A DNA stretch of 64,000 nt, taken from Lingula anatina (lineage: Eukaryota; Animalia; Brachiopoda). The position numbers were made by a program, and so were the translations under genes. How positions within the stretch are numbered: position 1 is the stretch's first letter; each line of letters starts with the position of its first letter. The stretch is from assembly GCA_051362555.1 (NCBI GenBank), contig CM120640.1, forward strand, positions 46,602,788 to 46,666,787. The letters run 5' to 3'. The notes below the pieces were generated by a model. The model was not told where the DNA came from, ran no database searches, and saw nothing but the letters and a program-made list of their open reading frames with translations. Positions 1 through 14,900 of this stretch are shown one piece after another.

Positions 1-2928
1 AACTGAAATGGACCATGGTAACAAGTGTTCAGAATTGCGTAATGATAGAGTTCCGCAGATGCAGACAGCTGTCAGTGTTAAAGATTACAAATCTACAACC
101 AAACACAAATGCGTATATCATCTATTTCTCTTAAATGGTTCATTTTTCTTCAATCACTACTTTCTTATATCTGTACACATATTCTAATCTGAAACCCTTG
201 CATAACACACCCATTCTCTTTTGTTCCAAAGTCAGACAATTGCATTGTTAGGCGACATAAGCCATCATTCTTAGACTAATACATATCTATAATATATAGC
301 AATGTTAAACAGGGCTACCATTATGAAGATTATTAATATTATTTACAAATTAATATTACTATCCTGAGTGACATCAGGTACTGTATAGTTATCCAAGCTG
401 GTAGCTCGAATTTCGAAGACAATATATATGTATTTAATTAAACAAAAGTGACTTAATTGTAGTCATGCATTTCAAGCTTCCCAGCATTTTTTATGTCTTA
501 AACATACTTCTAATGATGATTACAGAATTCAAACTGTTACATGCCTTTCAATAGCTATGAAGAGGTTAATCATCGTAAATTGAGCATAATGAATCATCTT
601 ACACTCTTCACTAAAAATTCTTTTTTGGGAAAAAATATGTTTAATGTTAGATTCCATAATAGATGAAAATACTTCAATTACTTTTTTTCCCCAAAGCTTA
701 TGATGGTAACAGTTACAGTTATTTCACATAGATGTAATGAAATCTAACAGTCATTTCCTGATATTGGCTCAAGAGCATAGTATTACAAAATAATAATAAT
801 AATGCAATGTGTGTGTACATAAAAAATAACATGATTATCTTCACTACAATTTCAGACAACCAATGCTAAACCAAAATTAATTATCCTTTTACAATTTCTT
901 TTGTCTTATTATAATATTGACCAGATCATCTTAACTATCCAGCACAAGTTTTTGCAAAATCCACAGCAGGAATTGAGCATCACCACACTGCTTTAAATTC
1001 ACCAAGGAAAAATAACACAAATTTCAAGATAAATAAAGAATGAACTTGCCAACTTAATTTCAGTTGGTTTTTAGTACAAGTTGAAGTGCAATGGATGAAA
1101 TCAGTTTTGAACAATTGCACAAAAACATGACTAGATTTCTTTTCAGCCATTATGTCCTCTTCAAATCTGACAGATTCATTCTGAAAAATCTACCACAAAT
1201 TTAAAGATTCATACTTATTTGTAGTAAAATAGTTGCACAGTACTGGCAAAACAAAGCTCAAGTATTTATTTTATATTTATCAGCATGTGTTTTTTCTGCC
1301 AAAAACAACACTTAAATCACTTAAACAGGTTTCTGTTAATCCATTGGTCCCGTAGAATCTGATATCAATTCTACTTCAACCAAACACACTTTCAGCTTTC
1401 CTGCTATTCACACAGTTCAATACTAAGTAAAACTACAGTACAATTTATAAAACATTTTAAAATTCGATAAAAAGCTGGAGATTCCATCTTTGCAAAAGCT
1501 CTCACAATGCACTTAATTACAGCTCATGAAAACATGCACTCCATGCCATGACAGATACAGACTTTGTCTCCAAAAAGCATGGGGATTTGCCTTATCACAC
1601 TTGCTATTAAACTAAAGTCATAGGACAGGACATATGACATGAGGCTATCTTAAGAATGTTTTGCTAAATATATAGCCAAAAATTCTTTAAACTTCCTTTG
1701 CTTTCAAAATTGCAATTAAATATTACACCTTCAGAGACAATAAACACCTGGTCTGTCATGACACCAGTTCCTCATCTTTTTAGGCCATAGCAGAAGGCAG
1801 TTTTGGTGATGGATGCAATGGACTTTCCATTATCACTCTGCATCTTTAAATTACACAGCATAAAAACTCTTTTAATACTACAGAAAATTTCTCTCAGACA
1901 TTAATCAACTTTTTATACTTAAGACTGCACAAATCAACCTGCCAATCTGTTCAGATCCTCAGACCAGCATTTGACAGAAAATAATAAAGTAACTTATTTT
2001 ACACATGTAGCAAGGAAACTGAACTACTTATTTCCTAGTATAATGAGGATGTTATGATGAATATATACACTTACATGAATTGAGCAAATAGTAATAAATT
2101 TGTGGAACATTTATAGCCAAGGAGTCAAATTATTCAAAAGTTAAGATGGTAAAATGCCTAGTTAAGCACTGCCTTTGTTAAAGCTGTCCTCTTGCACCAA
2201 TCATTACATTAAGCAAAATCAAAATTGACATGTAATTCAATGCTATGAAAAAGCATCTAGGGGCATTTATGTTATTTCACATGATTTTCACTCAATAATA
2301 GGCCACAGTTCATTTCTATTTCATGCCATTTAAGTGTCACTGTCATGTTAAAAATGACACTAAAGGCAAAGGTAGTGTGACCATTTTCAGCTACTCGTGG
2401 CAGCAAATGCAATATATCCCTTGTATGTAAATGAGTTTACTGTGCCCAGTGATGGAGAAAGGCATAGGTGGAGATATAAATAGGATTGTCTTTGCTGCCA
2501 CTGGTGATCTAAGGTTAATCAGACAACATGGAGAAGTGCCCCAATGTCAAAGGTCTTATCTTCAACTTGATCTTGACTAAAGACAACACTTCATACACCT
2601 ATGAATACCTACCATATGCTGGAATATATATGTCAACTGTGCTTTACCAGATAGTTGATTTGAAATAGAAGAAAAAATGTGCTCAATCAGAAAGCTGATT
2701 AAAAGCATTGATGCAGAATTCACAATTCCAACAAAAAAACAAAAGTTGTACTTAATCAGACACCCCACATTCGATCTTTTTGATCATCTGATGGCCATGT
2801 TGGTCCACATTCCTGCATCAGGTAATGTTACACAATACAATATCATGTAATGATAATAATGATTACACCTAGACATCATCTCTAGTGAATACTGGTTGTT
2901 GTAAAATTAGCAGACTCCACATAGCTTG

Positions 2929-5900
2929 CTAGCTGACTGGTGGCACATGTCCCTGGGGTGCTGATGAGGGGGAGGAGGAGTCCACTTGGGCCATGTTCTG
3001 GAGAACTGGGATGAGAGGCTGGGGGGAGCTGCTGGAGTGGCAGTTCTTCACACTGTTCCCTATCAAGGTGGCTATCCTATGGCGATCTTCCTGTTATCAG
3101 ATAATTTATTTGTATATATTTCAAGGAGATATCAAGAGAAAAACAATGCAATTTTAACTAAATGATATATAATTACATGCATACATTATATTATATAAAT
3201 AAGCAACAAACTATAGCACAGCAAATTCTCAAACATTCACCAAAGTATATGATTCAGTATATTTGATAGTTGTATAAAACCTTTAAATTGGCTGTTGGAT
3301 GGAAGTAATCACTTATTTAACATTTCATCTCTTTATTCTATGGCTAAATACTATAAAGATAAATGCGCGTCTCAGATCAAACCTTTATCACCTAATCTGG
3401 CTAAAAACAATTAGAGCTTTCACATTTGTAACACTAGTTATCTGTCATTAACCTCATGCCAAAATTCAATCTCCACAATGATGCCTAAGAATTCCAAAAT
3501 ATCCAACTAAAAGATCTTCATAATTGAAAGACATTTCACACTGCCCCCTTGTTTGCAACTCACTTACCATTATAGATAAGATGAATTAGATTGGTGGAGT
3601 GTGATAAGTGTTAAGATGTACTCAAGATGAGCATGATCTTGCACATGTAGAGCACAATGATTTTCATTTAATTCTTACAAAAATAATCATAATATCTTAA
3701 TTGTGTAATTTGACATTAAAGAATTTTGCTGGATGTCAAGATATAATTATGCAGTTGAATGATTTGATATTGACATGAGATGATTGGATGATGATAGACT
3801 TTTATTGAATGTAAAGTTATGAATACTACTTCTTTAAAGCCTCATGTTACCCAAACGATAACACTCATAAGACAGGGAAAAAATAGTTACACAGCCTAAG
3901 TGGCAAGTGCATGGTCACAGAATTTAATTGCATGCTTTCATTTTACTAACTTAAAGAGGAATGATTGTTACTACTGGTTTCAACACTAACCTCATTTATA
4001 AATCCATAATGCACTAGTTCTTCAGCCAAAATAAATGGAGTCTCTTCTTCATCTGTAAATTCACAATTTAACTGCCTGTTCATTTTGTCATCCATACGGA
4101 GCTGCAGTGTCAACTGGAAATAAAAAAAATGGTAGAATAGTTATTATATATGGCAGATTTTCAAAGTCCAGTTACACAACCAACTTTACAATGACCTTAT
4201 GTTGACATTAAAAGCAGATCTTTACCAAAACAAAATGTCAGGAGTAATGACAATACTATTCCTGGTGAAACTCTAACAGAATATTTACCAAAATAACCAA
4301 CTAAAAATAAGGATTTTCAAAATGTATTCCCTTCTTTCTAATGTATCCATAATATCTCATTAAACTAGTATTTCAACAGTCCTTCCTTATCTAAATGATA
4401 GATAAGGTTTGCACATGACTTTATTATTTAATAATATTTAATGAACCACTTGTATAGCAGCTTTTCAGCATTCTATTAACTAACTAAACATACATGCAGG
4501 CCTTCCCCATTCTCCATCTTTTTCACCACAGCAGACATGCTGATCACTTTACGGGACTCCACATCAGCAGGCTCTGGTGTGTCAGATTTGACGGACTCTG
4601 CCATCTCGGGAGATATTGCTCTGGCTCTTGAGATAGGTGGGTATTGCATTTCAAAAATTGTCAAGGGATATATTCCACTCCTGTAAGAGTAAATGAGTTT
4701 AGAGATAACTGCAACTTTCCCCATGAAAAAATATGTTTTACACATTTAGTATATAGATCATTACTCTGCCTCTTGAGATAAGAGGCTGCTGCATTTCATA
4801 AAATTGAGTAGGGGTTTCTGATATCCTTCAACTTAAAAATTAAAATGAAATAAATAAAAAAATTGGAAACCATCAATAAATGTTCTTATTATAGATATAG
4901 ATAACAATAACTTAAAGAAAAGGTGAAAGTTACCAAAAAGAAAAAAAGTGGGTTGACTAAACATAATATTAAGTAAACAAATCAGGAAAGTTATACTCCC
5001 ATGAAATAACATACCTGACATCTTCGAGGAATTTCTCAATTTCTGTTACTTCACTAGGAAGCTGCGACACACTGAAACAAAAAGATCTTTAAATATCATA
5101 CAGCCCTTTATGTTCACTCTTGAACAAATATTCCAGCAAGGTTAGACATTTAGTGTAATTGTTTTTTGCACCAATCGCTGTCAAGATGATAAGTTCAAAA
5201 ACATTCAATCTAATGTACCACTTAAACAGACAATAGTACAATGGAATATAGCAATGTACAATGACTAAGAGTTGTAACATTCAAGTGGTGCCATTTTGTA
5301 TTGTGTTATGTGTGATATTCAAACTGAAAGCACAATGGGTCTCAACCGTCTTTGCACACCACCCCAACAATGTGCTGTACTCGGGAGCCAATGACGGAAT
5401 TACAATAAAAGTATGGCTCAAAGGACAGCTTGTCCATACGATATTGACATAGACATGAAAAAACTCATTTTCCCATTGTCATTTATTTAATTGACACAAA
5501 CTACCTTCATTAAATGGTAATCAACAAAGATTGGAATACTGATAAATTTATTTCGATACCTTTATCGACGACATAATCTAGATATGACGTGATTATATTT
5601 CTCATAATCTGCATACTTAATTATCAATTAAAATCTCTTATGTTTGAATAAATTCATGCTTTTAATACAGGAATCATTTCATTGAGAATCTGCCACAAAA
5701 TTATATGTAGGTAAAATGAGGCAGGATAGATCAACTTTCTTACATTTACTAAAGTTACAAAATTGTGTCATTGGCGAATTTTGATTGATGCTTTATATCT
5801 CATATCAAATTTTCTACACTGCAACAAGCAAACAATTCTTTCTCATAGAGAATGAATCATTGTCTATGTGCATACATAACACACATGCTGTAGTATAAAC

Positions 5901-8900
5901 AGGAATAATTAGCAAACAGGACTCATAATATTACAACTTGGAAACCCAATTTTTCACATTACTCTGCTTAATTTTTCACAATAAACTAGAAATACTATTA
6001 TTACATGTACCTTTCATCCACATAACACAATCAAAAATCAAAAGTACTTAATGACCTGTAACAGTACTTCAGTTTAGCTCATAGTAAATAGTATATATTA
6101 TACCAAACAGTATTTTAATCGGACAAACTTACCTCCATGCTACTGGCTCTTTCTTTGTGAATATCTCTGCCACCACATGATTGGGTTCCAACTGAGGTCG
6201 GTACCCATCCATCCATGTTTCAGACAGTATTCCTAAGAGAAATATAGGGATTATGTCAACAAAATGGAACTGGCCTACAGCCCACAGGAAGCACAGCATC
6301 AATTTTTCCAATGAGATCTCTTCTTTTAAAAACTTTGCCCTTCACAAATTTTTACCCCACTTTCATTGTTTTTGCAATACCCCCCCCCCCCCATTGGCCT
6401 TTTATCTTCTTTCAAAACAAGCTTTAGCTGAATTACATAACAATCAAATCTTATATTTATGCAGAAGCATTACAGATACTACAAACAAGAACAAAAATAA
6501 AAATAATAATAATAAGTGACTAAAACTGCTAAAACTATACTCTAAATACTTACTAGAATTTGCACAACAAACGTGAGCAGCAAGCAATTTCAAAGAATAA
6601 ACATCAACCAGTATTGGATGGAAGAGAAGGTCTCTGGTGCTTGGCCTGTCTTTTGGGTTTTCAAGTAAGCACTTTGATATAAAGTCCTAAAATGGTTGAA
6701 CATATAATGAATAAATGAAACAACCCTGCAGCTCCTGTTGACCTGCTATGTCTACTGATTTACTGAAAATCGAAAAAGGACATAATAATATTAGCATTAT
6801 AAAAACAATTATTCAACATTATGGTTTATATAAAGTGGCTGTTTCAAAACAGCATGTTCCTTTTTTCTCATTTGGCTCCTCCATTCTACTTCATTCCACT
6901 CATGCATCATGAGATTTCCATTCATAAATCTTGACATGACTTACCCTTTGCAATGGGTTTTCTAAAGATTCTATTGTCTTTTGGATTGCTTCTCTGGAAT
7001 AATTGGCTGTGTCTCCATTCCCTTGGATAGGAACTGCTGCCATCTGAATAAGGATAGAGTGATAAAGAAGTGTTCATATTGAAAATTAATTAATGCAAAT
7101 TAATTAATTCAAAGTCCTTATCACAATTTTATATATTATAGATAAAGAGTGTCATTCTGTCACTTAAAATGGAGACCTTGTACTGAAAGCAGATAGACTA
7201 TCAAATTCTAAAGCAAAAACGGGTGCACACCACACAAGTATATACACAAATGCATAAAGTAAATGTTAAAGTTTGCATTAATCATATAGAGAAAAATTGG
7301 CTGCTGTTTCAATTTCATAATGGCAAAACCATTCTTATGTGAGTTTAGATAAAACTGACTGTCTCACTGAATGTTCAATTATCTAAAAGCAACGTTTTAT
7401 TTGCCTTAAGGACAGTTTACCTGTAATGCACACATCCCGAAAGAATATATATCTACTGCTGCTGTCACTGGTGCATTAGCTGGAAATTCAAGATAATACT
7501 TGTTAAAAAATGCGAAACAATCTGATTTAATATCTTCAACTTTATTAAGACACTTTACAGGACTTAAAACAAAAACTCCAAGTTTAACCACTTTCTTACA
7601 ATTTCAAAAATATTATGCACAAATGCTTTTAATACCAGATTGTACAAAATTTGCCTAAGGAAATTTACTGATTCTGTTGCTTTTATTTTCAATTCTTATA
7701 CAGAAAGCAGTTCAGTTCTAAGAAGAAAGAAAAATAGTACAACTTTATTTTATTGTACCTAAAGTTTAAAGAGATTTATTGGTATCTTTCCTCTTCATAA
7801 AATAGAAATGTGTAGTGTTAACTTTTTTCATGTAGATCGCTGATATAAAATGCATATTACCATAAATTTATGGTAAAGCATATCATATATATTATAAGGT
7901 AAAGAACAATAATTTAGGTCATTTTCCATTGATTATTCCTGTAGCTAAAATGTCACCATGCAGGCTGCAGTAAATACTTGATAGTAAATATTGCAATATG
8001 TGCACTTTTTCCATTTACTTGTACAGCTAAATGTTCACTCAAATTTCTTTCTAAGTATACATTTTTACTTTTTGCCTAAAGGATAAAATTGTGACTTGCA
8101 AAAAAAAAGGATATTTGTATGCATGTAAGTAATTTATAGCTTTATCAAAAAAAGTCATAAAAAATACACACACTCTTTGAGCACCAAGATGCAAAGTCTG
8201 CCAAAGTTTATATGCTTTTTAACCACTCTAAGTAACAATATTACTAATGCCTGGGTAATTTAGATGTGGGTGAATAATACAAAAGGATTAAGAATAAACA
8301 AGGCAGCAAAGCTGTCAAATGTACAGACAAAGAACAGAAAATAAAGATGCAAATAAGTGAAAAATTAAATTTTCACAAAAAACTGTTAAATTGCCAGAAA
8401 AATTTACCAAACAGACTGGCTTGCCTATTGAAGCTGTATGTTAGACCCATGTTTCTTTCCTGTAAGTTTGAGAACAGTAAGTGACATGATTTCCCTTAAA
8501 TGGTCATCATAGGAGCAGTGCCCAAAATAGGGGTTTCTTCAAATTTTGATGCAACATTACATAATGTTTAACAGCATAATGACAATCAAATGTTATTAAT
8601 AAAATATTAGTAACATGGACATTCAGAAAATGTGACAAGCAAAAGTCTTCAAGATCATGGAACTTTAAAGTCACACCTTGAAAATGCCAATATGTGAAAA
8701 ATTAAATTTTCACAAAAAACTGTTTAACTGCCAAAAAAAAAAACCAAACAGACTGCATTGCCTACTGAAGCTGTATTTTAGTCCCATGTTTCTATCCTGT
8801 AAGTTTGAGAACAGTAAGTGACATGATTTTCCTTAAATGGTCATCATGGAAGCAGTGCCCAAAATGGGGGTTTCTTCAAATTTTGATGCAATATTACATA

Positions 8901-11900
8901 ATGTTTAACAGCTTAATGACCATCAATTTTTAATTATAAAATATTTGTATCATAGATATTCAGAAAATGTGACTAGCAAAGGTCTTCAGGCCCATGGAAC
9001 TTCAAAGTCACGCCTTGATAATGCCAAAATGTAAACAAGACAGCACTGTTCTGAAATGGGTTTATTTCCATTTTTAACACTTTTTTAACATAAAACAAAA
9101 TAAACATTTTACTGCCATTTTTATATGTCCAACTAAGAAAATTGATGAGATGGGAAAAGTATCAATAGAACAGTGTTAAATGTCCAATTTCCTCCATTCT
9201 GAGATTCTGAACATAGTGGATGATTGAATATGACAAACTGCAATGATATGAGTTTATTTCCATTTTTGACACTTTATTACACAATACATGATAACAAGTT
9301 TACCATGTTTTTTACATAATCAACTAACAATGTTGTAAAGATGCAGGAAATATCAAACAAACACTTTTAGGCATCTTATTAGTTAAATAATGAGACTGTT
9401 AACATGCCTAATAATTGAATCTGAGGAAATGTGAAAAAACAGCATAACTTCTAAAATAAAGGCCCGATTATGCTGATTTTCGAACTCAACCTGCATTGTA
9501 GTTAGTTTGACTACTCCTGTGAGTATAATGACAATTGGCTTATCTGTTTTTCTTATATTGTGTTATCAGTGTTGCATATATGTTGAAAAAAGTGAAAAAA
9601 CAGCCTAAATTCACTAAAAATGACCCAATCACGCTGATTTTCGAACTTGACCTGCGGATTATAAATATTCATCAGTTTTGTAAGTTTCAAGCCAAAAAGT
9701 AAAATGGTTTTCCACTTATCGTGTTATCGGTGCTGCATATATGCTGAAAAAAAGTGAAAAAACAGCATAAATTCCCTAAAAGTGACCCGATCATGCTGAT
9801 TTTCGAACTTGACCTGCGTATTATGAATATTCATCAGTTCTGTAAGTTTCAAGTCAAAAGGTAAAATGGTTTTCCACTTATCGTGTTATCGGTGCTGCAT
9901 ATATGCTGAAAAAAGTGAAAAAACAGCATAAATTCCCTAAAAGTGACCCGATCATGCTGATTTTTGAACTTGAACTGCGTATTATGAATATTCATCAGTT
10001 CTGTAAGTTTCAAGTCAAAAGGTAAAATGGTTTTCCACTTATCGTGTTATCGGTGCTGCATACATGCTGAAAAAAGTGAAAAAACAGCATAAATTCCCTA
10101 ATAGTGACCCGATCATGCTAATTTTCGAACTTGACCTGCGTATTATGAATATTCATCAGTTCTGTAAGTTTCAAGTCAAAAGGTAAAATGGTTTTCCACT
10201 TATCGTGTTATCGGTGCTGCATATATGCTGAAAAAAGTGAAAAAACAGCATAAATTCCCTAAAAGTGACCCGATCATGCTGATTTTCGAACTTGACCTGC
10301 GTATTATAAATATTCATCAGTTCTGCAAGTTTCAAGTCAAAAGGTAAAATGGTTTTCCACTTATCGCGTTATCGGTAAAAGTGCACGGCGACGGCGACGA
10401 CGGCGACGACAGACGCAGATGATGGCTATATGTACAGACACATCTGTGTCTGTACATAAAAATAAAACAAAAACTATGCTAGGCCAACATCATCAGAGAG
10501 AAGGTGAACATTTAAAATAGACATAAATAGGGCAGGTATAATGTTTTCCTGGGTCAACTTTCATCAACACTGGAGAGCACTATTTTCTGGATAACAATAT
10601 CCACTATAAAAAATCTCAAAATGTTCTCTTAAAATAAAGATGGTCTATATTTCAGCCTAAGAATTTAATTTTTGCTGCATAAAACATTGTGCTATTTAGA
10701 GTGGAAAACAAAAGCAATAGATTGCACACCACAACAACATAACCGTTTATACCCTAACTGCTCAAAACTAAGTATAACTAATTGTACATAAATATCATTC
10801 TACACATTAAAGGCCATTCCAACCAACAATATGCATGGAAGTAAGGTCTGCTGCAACAGGTGATATCATTCCAGTCAAAACACAGACAGGGAACTTTTAT
10901 TATCAGACAAAGGCTGACTTGGGAGAAATCAATATATGTTTTCTTCTCCCTAACACCATTTAACTAGTAGCACAGTCCCACAAGTCTCTGTGGATTGTAA
11001 CCCCTCCCCCCTCTCTCAAAAATATGAAAAGCATTTGCACTTGGGTTTCTTTTGCTCGGTTAAATACTCAATGTATTACTTACAACACAGGTTTTCAGAG
11101 GAAAAGTACCTGCATAGGTGCATTGATAATTCTGAATCATTTAAACTACACACTCACCCCTTTTTTAAAATGAAACATAGTATTTTTGTTATTATTTGGA
11201 CTGAATTATAGTTTATGGTAAGTGTATGCACTACGTACATTAATCTTTCTATATTAAAGGGAAACCAATAATACCATTTATCATCTGGACCAAATTTGAC
11301 ACTTAGCACTAAATTTATCACAGAGACTGCGCACACTTCACGTTGATACTTTTCTTATGACATGGCTTAATAACACCTCTTTTTAACAAACATCTGCTTG
11401 TCATAATTTGCACAATATTTAAGTGCTAATTAAATTTGAGCCTTGAATACTAGATTCTTAAAATCATTTATGTCCAACAAAGAAAAAATGTGCACATATA
11501 CATACTTAACACCACTTCTAATGAACGTAGCATTATTATGCTTGATGTTATATAGATGTCAGTAAAGCACATTGTGTACTGCAATAGATATTATGCACCT
11601 GTGAGTGAATCTGACTCATAAATACGGGAGATCAAAATATGAGGTCATACATTATGCAGTATATTAAAAAAATCCCTGGTCACCAAGTACATAAACTATT
11701 TGGGTTACTATCTGATAACCAGCACATCTCATCTGCTTGTTACCAAATGATTAAATGTCATTATTTCCCCTTGGCCCGCATGAATATCAAACTAATCTGC
11801 AATTATCTCAAAAAAGTGAAAAGTAATTAATAATATGCTTCTTATACCAAATGGTATACACTGAAGAAAGGAAACTCCCAAATTTCGATATTTTTGTAAC

Positions 11901-14900
11901 TTACTTCCATACTCTGGAGCAATATAATGCATGTTTTTCTGTTCTTCTCTACAGGTTTTCACATGGTTGTGAATTGCATCAGGAGCAACTAAAATAAATG
12001 TCATCATTTGTCAATATTATGATCATAAATATTTTGTTTAAACATTATTTTTTTACAAAAAGTGGCAAATAAAAAGTGCTTAATTCTAAAGGCATGTGTT
12101 GACAACCCTCCCAATCTATTTACTTTCTTCAGAAACTTTGCTTTAAAAAATATTCCCAAGACAGTGCACCTGCCATGTTAAAACTGCACATGTACTGTGT
12201 GAAGATACATCCGTTTCCTTGATAGCATTCTCAGACTATGACTTCATACTAATATACTTTCACAGACGTAACTAAGAAAGGAAATAACTAAAAATTTCTA
12301 AGGCAATATTTTTCTTACCAAATTTCAAATTGTTAAAAATAAAAAACACTGTGTTTAATTTAACACACAATCATTACTATGTCAATTTCAACTTGCGTTT
12401 AATTTCTTTCCAGTTGCTATTATTGGAAATTTTCATTGATTTTTTACAAGCTTCAATGGAAATTCAACCAACTTAAGGAAAACAACTTTCTCAACATGAT
12501 AGGGTGTTTCTTCCCCTACCTGAGCCAATCTTTATAAGGCCATTGTGCTGAATAAAGATGGTGTCACAGGTCAGGTTACCATGAATGATTGGAGGGTCAC
12601 AAGAGTGTAAGTAGCTGTAAATAAAAAAATAATCTATCAAAGGGAAAGACATGGCCTAGTTTAGTGAATATTGATATTCTGCTATCACATTGCTGGTCAC
12701 TTCATAACCATGACATGTTTGATACATAAATCACGATTTTTTTTCGTTACGGTTCTACTAAGGTTTACCTGCTGAAATAGCAATATTTACACAAACACAC
12801 CCTGCCCAAACTTTACCTTAATGCTGACAAAATTTGTGTGCACCATCTTTTCCAGGCTTTTATTGTCCTGTTATTTTTCTTTGTTCTTTTAAGAAACTGT
12901 TTAAGGGAACCAGAAGACATATATTCTGTTATGAATATGACCTGAAATTAAAAATTTATAGTATGTTACCCTCTGAATAACTACTATCAAACTTGCATCA
13001 ATTCCTATTCAAATGTATTCTATGGATTTTGATAACAAGCTTAAAGAATTTTCTTGCTCTCCATATATATGTCACTACATGACATTTTACCAACAGATAG
13101 CATATTTATAAACCTGGTGGTTGAATTATGTAAAGAACGACAACTGGAGTGCTAGCATTAGACAGCCTACTTAAATTATTTAAGCATCCACATCTAACTT
13201 ATCATTATCCTTGAAAACTGAATATGAACATGCATTAGACATTTTTCTTATTATTTATAACAGATACAAATATTAAACTACAGTGCCAATATACCATCTC
13301 TGCATATCACAGACAATTCAGTTTCCTGCTCTATTTTAATGATCAATGGTTTCTATGCAGAGGGGTGATAACTGTGGATAAAGTGGCAGAGAAACCTCAA
13401 CACAACACATAATTATCAGCTTCATTAGCAATGTGGAAGCATACCACCACAAGAACTAATGCCTGCAGATAGTCGTGTCTGAGAGCTATTTCTAGGTTAC
13501 TGCTGCAAGTTCATAACGTGTACTACCACTGTAGCAAATGCATCTCATTTTATGTGTTCATCTTTATCCATACAATAAGAAAACTTATTGCATCATATGA
13601 CAAAATATGACAAAAAAAATTAAACAAAAATAAAACAAAAAGTAAAACTTATGACATAACAGAGACAATACCAGTATATACATACTCTTGGTTTGTCAGT
13701 CTTTGTGTCAGTCCAATATTTATGGAACTTGACAATATTTGCATGCTCAAGTTGAATAAGGTTGTCAAACACTTGCTTGATCTTCTCCTAAAAATTAATG
13801 CAATTAAATATGAAATAACCTTCTTCAGTTGCAAAAAAACTCCTGATATTTCTCCCCAATTTAAACTGCACACCTTTTAAAATTAAGTTAATTTCAATAT
13901 TTTTTAGATCAAAATAATCTTAGAATAAGGCACTACAGTAAAGATAATCCACATTAAATTTGTATTACTATATGTTAAAAATTAACAAATAACATAAAAT
14001 AAAATTTTGTAGAAAGTCGACAAATTTACTGAAAGCTAGCTCAAGCTTGAGACTGCTACAAAAACATATCTAAACAATTACATATCTTTCTATTTTAGTT
14101 ATTATAAAGCAATATACAAACCTGCTGATTTTTGAAGTTTTTCTTTTCTGAGAATTCTACTTCGTTCCATACAACTTCCACTCCCTCCTCTGTATCCATG
14201 GCAAGAAAGGCATTATCAATGCCTGGTACATCTCTCTGTTGTACCTGGTAATTCAAGGAGAAGAGTTTTCCATTTAATCAACTTTCAAAACGTATTACAT
14301 TATTATTTGCCTTTGAAAACCTTGCAAAAATATTTCTAGTGAAGATATGTAACACAAAATTACCAATGCAAGAAAAAAAAAAAACAAATTCATAATATAA
14401 AGCTAATAGTATTACTTTCTGTAATGTTGTTCCAGTAATTCAAATTTGCTTGGCCAAAATAGTCAGTGTGTCCATAATGAAGAACAAAGGCGGCCATATG
14501 ATAATGATTTTTAGAACTGGACTGTTTTACGTATGAAACAATACAACAGCAGTTCCTGTGAAGAAACTTAACTGTTTTCCACACTGTCATGTCAAATTTA
14601 CAATAAAATAATAAACAATCCTGTAAATATGAAATGTACCTCTGAACTTTTTGCATCACATCTATTTTTAAAGACCCTAACTTCCAGACATTCCATTGAT
14701 TTCTCTATTGCATACAGATGCACTTAATTCAAAATGCTATATTTTGCACTGGTCCAGAGCATTCTGCAATACATTCTTTTCTCCAGATTGTGAGTGCAAC
14801 AAACCAAACAGTTCATAAAATTGTAAATGTTTATATGCTTCTGGCAAAACAACAATAACTTGCACTGTCTTACAAAGATCAAATAAATCATGAGCACACA